A stretch of 56,460 bases of DNA, counting the filler, from Asterionella formosa (Eukaryota): NCBI GenBank assembly GCA_002256025.1. It is 6 parts of 6 records of this genome, joined end to end, with 100 filler letters (N's around TTAATTAATTAA, not from the genome) between each part and the next. Parts side by side here need not be neighbours in the genome. Positions count along the whole stretch, not along the records: positions 18,873 to 28,202 come from NKIB01010794.1; positions 28,303 to 37,630 come from NKIB01010797.1; 4 more parts are not named here. One strand, 5' to 3'. Of the stretch, positions 24,893 to 34,506 are shown one piece after another. Position 1 is the stretch's first letter. Each line of letters starts with the position of its first letter. Position numbers and translations under genes: made by a program. Below the pieces are notes generated by a model that worked only from the letters and a program-made list of their open reading frames with translations, did not search any database and was not told where the DNA came from.

Positions 24893-27043
24893 CTACAATT
24901 TGACATGATAGGATCGCCCATTGGGGTTGTGAATTGGGGTGATAGCCAACACTTCTGTTCCTTTCTTCACTTGAGCACTCCATTCATACCACACCCTTGA
25001 ATCTTCTGTCTTACGCCATATACTTGCAATAATGGTGGACGAGTCTGGTACCAAAATAGGTTCACGAAGGGGAAAGTATAGGGGGAACCAGGAAAACATT
25101 CCCTTGGAAAAGGTGTAGGGCCTGGTGGAAAGGCCTACAGTGATGGTTTGGTCTTTATTGACATACAAAGCAGCAGTAAACGTTCCTAAGAAGCCGTGTA
25201 CCATATTCGGGCCACTTGATTCAATGGTTGCTTGTGCCATGCTTGCTACAGTTTGATCATACGGTCCATATCCAGAGCCACACCCCACTCCTTGAGTCAT
25301 GTCAGGTTTGAATTCCACATGGGCGGTCCGTTCCTTAAATGTTGTTGGACTGGGGTGAGAAAATTCCCAGCAAGCCTGTTCCAGATGAGTCTGGCAAGCA
25401 GCATGAGATCGGACGACATACGGTGTTTCCAAGGCTCTCAAGGTCCCCATGGGTGGACTGTCAAGACCTTCTGTGCACGATGTTGGGAAATATGCTTGTG
25501 ATCTTGCCTCAGCATGCAACCGAAAGGAGGATACGGGAGCAAGGTATGCCGTATAATGTGAGGGTATACAAATAGTTGAATCTTTGACCAGCCCAGTCAA
25601 GTACAAATCATCCAAACATTCCGGAGATAATTCATTGTCGCCGAACGATCCCAATAGTTCACTCACCACCATATCAATGGTCATTCCTTGAAGTGATGAT
25701 TTGTTAAGTTCTCTCATGTCACCATGAACAATTGAAACCATTCCCTTCCATGCAGGGTCGTGTCGTGCTAGTGATTCCAAATAAATCACTGCTGATGGAT
25801 TTTTTTCCAAAGCGTAGATCCTAAAGACACAATTGTCAAAGTGTCCTGCTTTAATAGCATCCAAGGCACATTTGACCAATGGTCCTCGTCCTGCACCTGC
25901 TACAAGAATGACAACTGTCTGAGGTTCCTCAGTGACATGTTCAACTAGGGCCAGCTGTATGGCTCGTTGGTACTCTGCATACTTGACTGGATCCTTTTCA
26001 AATGTTTCATAGGTGCTGAATTCCAAATGATCCCCCAATGGTTGCAGTGGTCGTTGCAAGTGATCCAAGTATGCTTCTTCCATAGCCGCTGCAGGTGTGT
26101 CCAATATTTCACAGACATCAGGACGCTGTCGTAGGTGTCTAATGTATTGCAAGTATGCCAAACACTTGGTATTCCCTCCAGCTGTTACAGCTGGATGATG
26201 GGAGGGACCTTCAACCAAAACCCGCAGTGTCCTTCCCAGACGCCTCAGTACTTCACCAAAGAGTACTTGATGTGTCTTGCTGAGTGCTGGATACCCCCGT
26301 TTGTTGGTTAGGAAGCAGGTTGTTGGGAACGATACGCACTTGAGTTGCATCCCAATGGCCTTGTGCAGCAAGACCAGTTGATGCGCCACTGTAGCAGTGG
26401 GGTTGGCAGTGATGGCAGCCACATGATCCAAGGATAGCATGAGTCCTACATTTGATGGTCCATCACATAGTTTGTGCAGCAGTCCAAAGTTGGCAAGTGA
26501 TTCCTTGGTGAGATAGCACTTGATCCAGACTTGCCCGTTCGCCCCATGATTGAGGGACGTTGCCGAGACCAGTCTTGCATATTCCAGTAGTCCCACGTGG
26601 TCTGACTCTGGGATGGGTGGCAGAATGACAGCCGGAATGCCCATGTGTGCTGACCATTCCATTTGCTTTGGCAGATCTTGAATGGTCTCCATAAAGCCGA
26701 CAATCGACGTGCGCCACCATCGAGATTCGAGCGTCGTCACGTCCGCTCTTGGTTCTAAAGTGTGAGGCAGAACCGTGGTGACAAAGTCGTATCCATCGTC
26801 TCGCGCGCTTTGGAGTAAGTGAGCGGCGTCGGCTGTGTGTGTGCGTGCGTGTGTGTGTTGTGAGCGAGATAGAGAGATAGATAGAGCGCCATGAACAGTC
26901 AGGGAAAAGGCGCATCCGAAACAGCTCTGCGGTCGTTCAACGGAACAATGACAATGACTATCACAAAGAACAAACGCACCTTGAGTTTGGGGAATGTGAA
27001 GCCCTACAACGAGTTGTCCTATCTCCTCGGATGTCATGATCAT
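24893..27043 (-). CDS. PRMT5: Protein arginine N-methyltransferase 5; in-frame intron ~26979-26833
   Basis: FLTNKRGYPALSKTHQ, YLDHLQRPLQPLGDHLE, YETFEKDPVKY, VAGAGRGPLV, VSELLGSFGDNELSPECLD, GMFSWFPLYFP, IHNPNGRSY. Confidence 0.97.
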   Translation of the reverse strand: MIMTSEEIGQLVVGLHIPQTQGAFVLCDSHCHCSVERPQSCFGCAFSLTVHGALSISLSRSQHTHARTHTADAAHLLQSARDDGYDFVTTVLPHTLEPRADVTTLESRWWRTSIVGFMETIQDLPKQMEWSAHMGIPAVILPPIPESDHVGLLEYARLVSATSLNHGANGQVWIKCYLTKESLANFGLLHKLCDGPSNVGLMLSLDHVAAITANPTATVAHQLVLLHKAIGMQLKCVSFPTTCFLTNKRGYPALSKTHQVLFGEVLRRLGRTLRVLVEGPSHHPAVTAGGNTKCLAYLQYIRHLRQRPDVCEILDTPAAAMEEAYLDHLQRPLQPLGDHLEFSTYETFEKDPVKYAEYQRAIQLALVEHVTEEPQTVVILVAGAGRGPLVKCALDAIKAGHFDNCVFRIYALEKNPSAVIYLESLARHDPAWKGMVSIVHGDMRELNKSSLQGMTIDMVVSELLGSFGDNELSPECLDDLYLTGLVKDSTICIPSHYTAYLAPVSSFRLHAEARSQAYFPTSCTEGLDSPPMGTLRALETPYVVRSHAACQTHLEQACWEFSHPSPTTFKERTAHVEFKPDMTQGVGCGSGYGPYDQTVASMAQATIESSGPNMVHGFLGTFTAALYVNKDQTITVGLSTRPYTFSKGMFSWFPLYFPLREPILVPDSSTIIASIWRKTEDSRVWYEWSAQVKKGTEVLAITPIHNPNGRSYHVKL

Positions 27044-28202
27044 GCAAGCAGTCTACCGGTATCGTCGCAATTGTTTGTTATTCAACGAACGGAAAAAAGG
27101 CAATCCAATGAAGATGTGTGGGTACTGGTACCTGGTAGCTAGTGTCTAGTTAATATACCGATCCTGTTATATACCTATGTAGAGAACAATATACCAGTAA
27201 ATAGTTCTCGGTAGACCAGCATCCTCCTGGTACCAGGTACCAGAACCACCAGTTCCGTCCACCTGGTACCGGGTACCGCACTTGTACACTAGTACCGCTG
27301 TCGGATATACCGGCACGGCTTTCTTTTATAAAATAAGCACGACTGTAAATCCTCTGCTAGCCACGCACCATTCACGCACTATACATGACGGTATTTTTAC
27401 TCAGAGCCGGGATGTGGATCATGATGGAGTCAGCCAAGCAAACAATAGGGCGAGCAGCCGAACGCAGGTACCGGTGCACCTGGTACCACAGTTTGCTTGC
27501 TTGGAAGAAGGCTGTCACATGCAAACTTCGCCATGGGGTAGTCAAACATTTGTATTTTCCAGGTTGTTTTAGTCTGTTTTTCCTATTCCTATAGGTAAAA
27601 CTTCTGTTTCAAGTTGCACCAAAAGCTTGTCTGCCGAAACCCATAAAGAATGAATGTCTTGCTTGATGAACAAAGAGGCTCATGTGGCCTCCAAAGTACT
27701 AAATATGGAAAACCTTAACTCTGAGATGAGTCATCCTTTGCTATCTATCCTGGCTACAAGGTTTACCTTCTTGGTACCAACTCAATATTCTCTCTGAAGG
27801 TCTATGCGCATGGCCACAATTGAGTTGCTTGCCTGTGCTGAGCTAATGATGAAAAGCGAAGATGCACAAGATGGCTTCTTCATTTCCTCGTCTCCTCTGC
27901 CAATGCACATACACATGGTGACAATATGCCAGGTTTGGCTATTATGACATCAAGCCACAATACTGAACTTTTGGAATGTTTAACACATCATGTTGAAATA
28001 GTGGAGGAACCCTTGTGTCACCTGCTCTAGATGTTGCATCACGCCAGCATTTCAAAAATTATAATCCATGAAATTCATCTAAGACGCGAAATACGCCACT
28101 TTTCGAAATTTCGTCTACGTATGAGTGTTAATTATGTGGTACTTCACATGCATTAATGCCACTCTTCACGTAAAAAAGATTACTTTTAACGGTTTCATGT
28201 GA

Positions 28203-28302
28203 NNNNNNNNNNNNNNNNNNNNNNNNNNNNNNNNNNNNNNNNNNNNTTAATTAATTAANNNNNNNNNNNNNNNNNNNNNNNNNNNNNNNNNNNNNNNNNN
28301 NN
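28203..28302. other. Artificial contig linker
   Basis: N44-TTAATTAATTAA-N44. Confidence 0.99.
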
Positions 28303-28991
28303 GTAAGGTTCAACTTCGAGCATGGGCGACGGGGTTCCATGTTTCAAGGATGTGGCAGCAGAAGTGTTTCTCCTAGCACATGTATGGACAGAGAAAGAAG
28401 TGATATGGGTGGAAGGTGCAACTTTTTGGGACTTCGGTTTGTAAACTTGGATTATTTTGGTAAGTTTACCTCTTGCAACAAATGAATTGTAATGTTTTGC
28501 ATACTTTTAACAAGCCCGATTGCTGTGAGGCCTCAGCAATTACTCATGCAATGCGTTGTTTATTATCTCATGTCATGGCTTTCGTGCTGCCCCTTTGGAC
28601 GCCCATAAAGGGTGGTGGCATCATCGTTGTCAGTTTTACGAACATTCCCCACATCTTCACAGGTAACATCATCTTCATTAGTTGATTCTTGTTCTTTTTC
28701 TTTATTACTTCTCACCCTTGCAACACTTGCACCACCATTATTTATGAATTTATCAACTGGAAGTCGGATATCAATACTTGAATTTACAGTCATGGTAGAA
28801 ATCGACGAGGTATGTCCTGCCAACAACTGTGAATATTTAGTGTCAAACTGGACTATAGGATTTGTAAGCCAAGTCAGCATAGCTGCCTTGGACCCAAAAA
28901 TATTTGATATTCCATCACATGGTTGTTTTTTCATTGTCATTTTGCCTTTAAAGTTTCTAAAGTATAGATTCTGAATTATCCCATTCCCCAT
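28303..28991 (-). pseudogene. Degenerate transposase-like remnant (possibly pogo/CENP-B type N-terminus)
   Basis: Across frameshifts and stops the minus strand reads GRPKG(S)TK (AT-hook-like) ... RGKLTKII ... HGTPSPMLEVEP, which resembles diatom transposase N-termini as I recall them. Cut by the contig end. Confidence 0.35.
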
Positions 28992-30312
28992 TGGCTTCTA
29001 GTGATCTGGATTCAAGCAAATTTCCCCATAAAGCTGTTTGGAACAAGTTATTGGATACATACATGGACATAGACGATGAAACAGTCGTTGGATCAATGCC
29101 TTCAAACATAACCAGTTTGAATACCATGGAATAAATGATAACTTTCCCCTCATTTTTGATATGTTCAATAGAAAACAATTTTCAGAAGTTATGAAATTTC
29201 TAAATGCGCATTACAAGATCTGTTTCAATAATAAGAAAGTTTCCGGCCATAATTTTGACAATTTCACTCAAAACCAACCTTATTATTTGCACTATCATTT
29301 ATGGCTGTAACAGGTACCACATTTCCATGCCTACACAGTACCAAGTTTAAGTGATGGTGTGGTTGCTATGGACAGTCTAATAATTCACGTTCCTGCTGAG
29401 GATGATGTTGCCAAGCTCCCTGTTCAACGAAAAAAGGTAGAAATTATGTGGCACTAATGAGTTTGAAAACACATCCAAACAAATGGTCGAATCTCACTCT
29501 TAAAGAATTCTCAAAAGCAAATGAACGCCGTACACAAATGACAATAGCCTCTCAAAGTTCCAATGCAGAATTTGCATGAGCAAGTTTTTTTGTAAAACGA
29601 GAGAAGGAACTAATAGACATTGTAAGTGTGTACAGCGAAAAGTTAAAAGAAGCTGGGGCTGAAGTAGCAAACACAAGACGTAATTGACAACAAGATACCT
29701 CTGTATGTTCTATGTAGCACAACATAAGAGACAATTTTGTCATTCTAAAAGTAGAAGAATCTACTTTAAAAAGTGCAACTGCGCGTACATACATTGTTTG
29801 TTGTAGTAGATACCAGGTACCAGGTATCTGGTGCTGAGAGCCAGGCTGTGCCAGTACCTGGTACTAGTACCTGGTACCAGGTTACCATCATGTTGTAGTG
29901 TGGTGGTACCGGTACCTGGTACCTTGTCGTCCTCCCTGTTTTCATCATCCGGTATCTTTATACCGTACCGGTACCAGTTGGTAGTTGCAACCAAACTTTA
30001 AGATAGGTCACAACTGCCTCTCAGCTATCCATCTCAATCGATTGATCGATCTATCCATCCATCCATCCATCCATGGGTCAACAGATACTTCAATCAGTAT
30101 TGTATTGAATGGTGGATTGAGACAAAGACGAAGAAGGTCCATTGATCTTTCTTGTTCATCAAACTGACCGCATTTTGCTCTTTTTCCATGAAAACATTCT
30201 TACAAAAAATCAACTACGAAGAATAAACTCGTGTGAAGTTTTGAATTCCTTGTTGGTCGTCGTCCTTTGTCAAAACGTAATTATCATCCGATACCAAAAG
30301 AAATATACCATC

Positions 30313-30634
30313 ATGGCACGAATTCGACAAGGACAACGACGAATCCCCAGGAGGGGTGACAATGGACTTGTAAAAGCCATTTCACTCATTACACTTTGTT
30401 TAAGTGTATTGTTGCTATTGGGGAATGATAATGGTAAAGTTTATGAAGATTATAAATTATTGGATAAAGTGACTGAAGCCATTTCGGATCAAATGTGGAT
30501 GTCTCAGACAACTACAACAAAGGATGATGTATCCAGCATTGTCAAATTAGACAAGGATACTACAGCAGTTGTTACAGCAAGTCAATCGCCATTGCAACAA
30601 GAAGAGGATACAGTAATACCAGCTACTACTGCTA

Positions 30635-30666
<32 letters not shown>

Positions 30667-31776
30667 TCAACAATACCAACAAATGCAACTCGAATCAATG
30701 TTGCTTTTGATAAAAACTACAAGTCTCCTGAATGGATCTATGGCCCTGGAGTGACTGTTAAAATCGAACCATCGCATGGTACACACCGACCAGAGGCTGA
30801 TGCAGTTTTTTGCTTTTCCAAATATCCAACCTTGCCACTTTTGGTACGATTTGTTTCATCACTTTTACATACTGGCTATACAGGTGATATTGTTATTGCC
30901 ATTTATCCAGAAATGGCAGATGATGTACGAGACTTTATTGACTACTACACCACTGCACAACAGTTTCATTTGGTAGTGTATACTGTAGAGTTAACATGTC
31001 AAGAAATGCAACGCCGAACACGATGTATCGTCGAAAACATGTTCTGGTCCAAGAACACCTACTTGGTCGATTCAAGACCACATCGTGAAAAGGCTCAATT
31101 GAGATTTGAATTGTATTGGGCCTGGTCCTTGTCGTACTCGGCAGATTCAAGAATATTCTTATTGGATGCACGAGATGTGTACTTTCAAAGCAATCCATTT
31201 GTACTTTTAGACACCAGAATGAACACGTCTCTGCATGTATTTGAAGAATGGGGTGGAAGGACCATTCAAGAGGATCGGTTGAATTCATTATGGGTACGAT
31301 CTGCCCGAGGCAAGGAATGGTTGGCAACTATTGGAGACCAACATGTGATTAATTCAGGAACAACTGTCGGGGGGAAACCGGCAATTGAAATGTACTTGCG
31401 TGCCATGGTGGCTCAATGGGATGATACACTTTGTACTATATATGGATGTTATCAAGGTCATGTTAATATTCTGATTCATGGAGATTTTTTGCAAGGTGCA
31501 CCGAATTTGACCAAGGTTGTTATTCATCCTCAAGGGACTGGTGTGGCCAATTCTGTGGGAGCAATGGCACTGTATGCTGGAGGGTCATTGCGAGAACAAG
31601 GAGTTGTCGACAATGTGACAAATGCAATTTTGAATAATGATGGACGTCCATCACCAGTGATACACCAATTTGATCTAGATGAAGAAATGCACTTGGTTTT
31701 CATGATTCAGCGGACGAATGAGCTTTTACTCGAATGGAATAATACACTCATGGAGAGTCGTCAACAACAAAAATAA
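30313..31776 (+). CDS. Type II membrane protein, putative glycosyltransferase-like (diatom-expanded family)
   Basis: Basic N-tail, one TM segment, poly-Thr stem, then RFELYWAW, FLLDARDVYFQSNPF, INSGTTVG, QGHVN and VIHQFD motifs. Confidence 0.7.
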
Positions 31777-31869
31777 TAGAATGATATATATATATGTATA
31801 TATAAATCGCAATGTGAAATAGCAATGAAGACAAAAGTTTTTATCCACAATGTATGATGCCTCTCTCAA

Positions 31870-32694
31870 CTACGTAGCAGTAGTCACTTTTTCGACAGAC
31901 ACCACATAATCAAATCCCAATTTAAGTGTGCCAGTCGGTGATCGTTTGGTGGCTTCCAAGGATTGTAATTCCAAAGCATCCAACACCTCCTTCATCGATG
32001 AAGCCAACGCTGGAGTTGGGAACAGGGAAAATTTGCTTCGTCCGACATTTATTTGTCGTACAATCGTCGAATGTTTGTACACAATAGGAAACAAATGTGT
32101 TTCCAAGGGTCGAATGTCCGACAGCTGTCTAATGTGATGTGTGATCCACTCCACTGGAAATTCTCGATAGCAACGATGTCCAGCCAACAATATACATGCA
32201 TCTCTGACTTGTCTGACTTTGCAAATGACATTGGCATCACCGTCGACCTTGTCAGGAATTGGTTCCAACCCCACAATGTACAGCCGCCCGCCTGGTTTCA
32301 GTAGGTGCAGTAACTTGGCAATCATTTCTTCTTGCTTGTACGGAGAGAACCCATCCATGGCCCCAATCAAATAGTCAGCTAAAATCGTATCGTACTGCTC
32401 TATCGGCAACGTCAGCTGACCGAACCAATTTCCCATGACAATGGTTCCTCTGTCAAGACAGCCTAAATTCACGGCTTCCAGCTCCACATTCTTCTTCATG
32501 GTAGCATCGGCTGTAATGGCAGTGAACGATGTCAGCGTGTCCAACGTTGCCAGCCAACGAAGGGAGTGCATCCCAGTCCCAGCATCCAACACATTTCCGA
32601 ACGGAAGACTCCCTTGCTGTCGCTCAATGCACCCGAAGAGAGCATCGTCCTTCCCGTAGACGAACGCTGGCGGTTGAGGAGGCTTCATGGCCAT
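31870..32694 (-). CDS. Class I SAM-dependent methyltransferase
   Basis: VLDAGTG motif I, YDTILADYLIG, LLKPGGRLYIVG. Start taken at MAMKPP. Confidence 0.85.
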   Translation of the reverse strand: MAMKPPQPPAFVYGKDDALFGCIERQQGSLPFGNVLDAGTGMHSLRWLATLDTLTSFTAITADATMKKNVELEAVNLGCLDRGTIVMGNWFGQLTLPIEQYDTILADYLIGAMDGFSPYKQEEMIAKLLHLLKPGGRLYIVGLEPIPDKVDGDANVICKVRQVRDACILLAGHRCYREFPVEWITHHIRQLSDIRPLETHLFPIVYKHSTIVRQINVGRSKFSLFPTPALASSMKEVLDALELQSLEATKRSPTGTLKLGFDYVVSVEKVTTAT

Positions 32695-33167
32695 GCCGTT
32701 TGAATTGTGCAGCGGAGGAGAAAGCGGAGAAACGAGGAGCGGAAGAAGGACAAGTTGAAGTGCATGCGCAGCTATCAGGAAGAGACTGATACGGAATCGA
32801 AAGAGTGGCTGTGGGCCAGAGTGAGGAGGAGCGAAAGCGATGGAAAACGGTTCGGGCAGGATCATCAAACAGGGAGCTCAAGACTGTGATGACTGTTGAC
32901 GGCGGGCTGTTGTATCGTTTGGTGATGATGGTGGTTGGGTCGAGCGAGGAAAAGTACCACCGGTAGGACGGACTAACTACCTGTAATAGAAATTGTCACT
33001 GATGAAGTGATTGAACAATACGGTACCAGGTACCAGGTACTGATCGAAGTGTTTCCGCTTCCTCATTCAGTACCGGTATACGACTAGGATTGAGCACCGG
33101 TACCGGCTCTGGTAGTATGATACCGTTTCGTAGTTCTGATGAGTTGCATGTCATACTAATCTGGAAC

Positions 33168-33317
33168 AATCCGCGTTACGAGTGACACCACAAAAGATAC
33201 CGGTATACTACCATCTACCATGTAGCGGTATGCCAATGTGAAATCCGCGTTACGAGTGACACCACAAAAGATACCGGTATACTACCATCTACCATGTAGC
33301 GGTATACCAATGTGAAA
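33168..33317 (+). repeat. Near-perfect tandem duplication, period 74 bp
   Basis: AATCCGCGTTACGAGTGACACCACAAAAGATACCGGTATACTACCATCTACCATGTAGCGGTAT(G/A)CCAATGTGA at 33168 and 33242. Confidence 0.95.
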
Positions 33318-33601
33318 TGCACGAACAAAAACGTAGTATCACCAGATACCCTGGTACAGGTACCTACAACACGTACTTACTTTCTGTACAACGAATTCTA
33401 TGGTGAGAATAAGATTGTTTTGGCGGATTTTTTTGGAGTCCATAAAAAAGAATTCCCAATAAATATGTACGTATGTCTTTTTAGGATGATGATTATATTA
33501 TATATTCACGAATAATATTTATTCATTCAATACTGCTGCTCACATCACAACAAATATGCAAACATGAGAAATAATAACAGAGTAAAATATAGTCAAACAA
33601 A

Positions 33602-34417
33602 ATGTCAGTGTTCGATCCAACAACAACAGCAACAACAACTGCTATCCAAAGTACCATTGATGGTAGTACCAGCAACACCATCCTAAAGTGCCACTATGTC
33701 CTCGTTTGTATTTTGTCACTATTCATGTTGGTATGGATTCTCTTGATTCCCAGTTCGTGGTTGATGGGGTATTCCAAGTGGCACGATGACATGATCTTGG
33801 CATCCATGCCTGAAACTGGGATTGTCGCACCATCGACTCTGATCAAGTATTCAAAACAAACGGCAGTACAAATGACACACATTCTACCTGGAGCCATTTG
33901 GGTGGCTGCTATTCCCTTTCAATTGCATTCCACCTTTCGAAACACTCATCGAAAGGCCCATCGGGTGACCGGGTTTATCTTTTTAGCAACATCGGTCAGT
34001 AGTATGGTGGGGCTGGCTCTTATTTGGAATCGGGGTTTGGTATATGAACATTTCTTTGACGACCTACCCGCCAGTACAGAGCCATCCACTACAGTTCCGT
34101 TGCTGTTCATGGCATTGTGGTTTAGTATGACTGCAGGATTGGCCCTTCACAATGCTAGGAAGAAACGTTTTCAGGAACATGAACGATGGATCTATCGTCA
34201 TGTGGCGTCGGGCATTTGGGTGGCACTACAACGGGTCCTACTCCTAGGACCCATGTCTATGATATATACTCAACCAGTGTCTCGTACAACGCAGCGAGCA
34301 GTCTTTGGAAACAGTGCCAGGATTGCTATAATAATATGCTTGATCCTTGCTGAATATTGTATTTATCTTCGAACAAAAATCAAAACGGAGAAATTAATAA
34401 CACTCAAACAAAAATGA
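33602..34417 (+). CDS. DUF2306-like multi-pass membrane protein
   Basis: HILPGAIW...PFQL...FR...HR...G and HERWIYRH motifs, about 6 TM segments. Confidence 0.75.
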   Translation: MSVFDPTTTATTTAIQSTIDGSTSNTILKCHYVLVCILSLFMLVWILLIPSSWLMGYSKWHDDMILASMPETGIVAPSTLIKYSKQTAVQMTHILPGAIWVAAIPFQLHSTFRNTHRKAHRVTGFIFLATSVSSMVGLALIWNRGLVYEHFFDDLPASTEPSTTVPLLFMALWFSMTAGLALHNARKKRFQEHERWIYRHVASGIWVALQRVLLLGPMSMIYTQPVSRTTQRAVFGNSARIAIIICLILAEYCIYLRTKIKTEKLITLKQK

Positions 34418-34506
34418 GGAGTTCAATACTTTTACTGTATCTTTAATTCCCTAATAGCTTTAAAATAATCATGTTGATATTGCAAACAGCCATGCTTCAA
34501 CAGAAC

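Noticed and set aside
30142..30312. N-terminal extensions of ORFs 30142, 32868 and 53510
   Set aside because: They start at non-ATG codons. Downstream ATGs (30313, 32694, 53564) give sensible N-termini.
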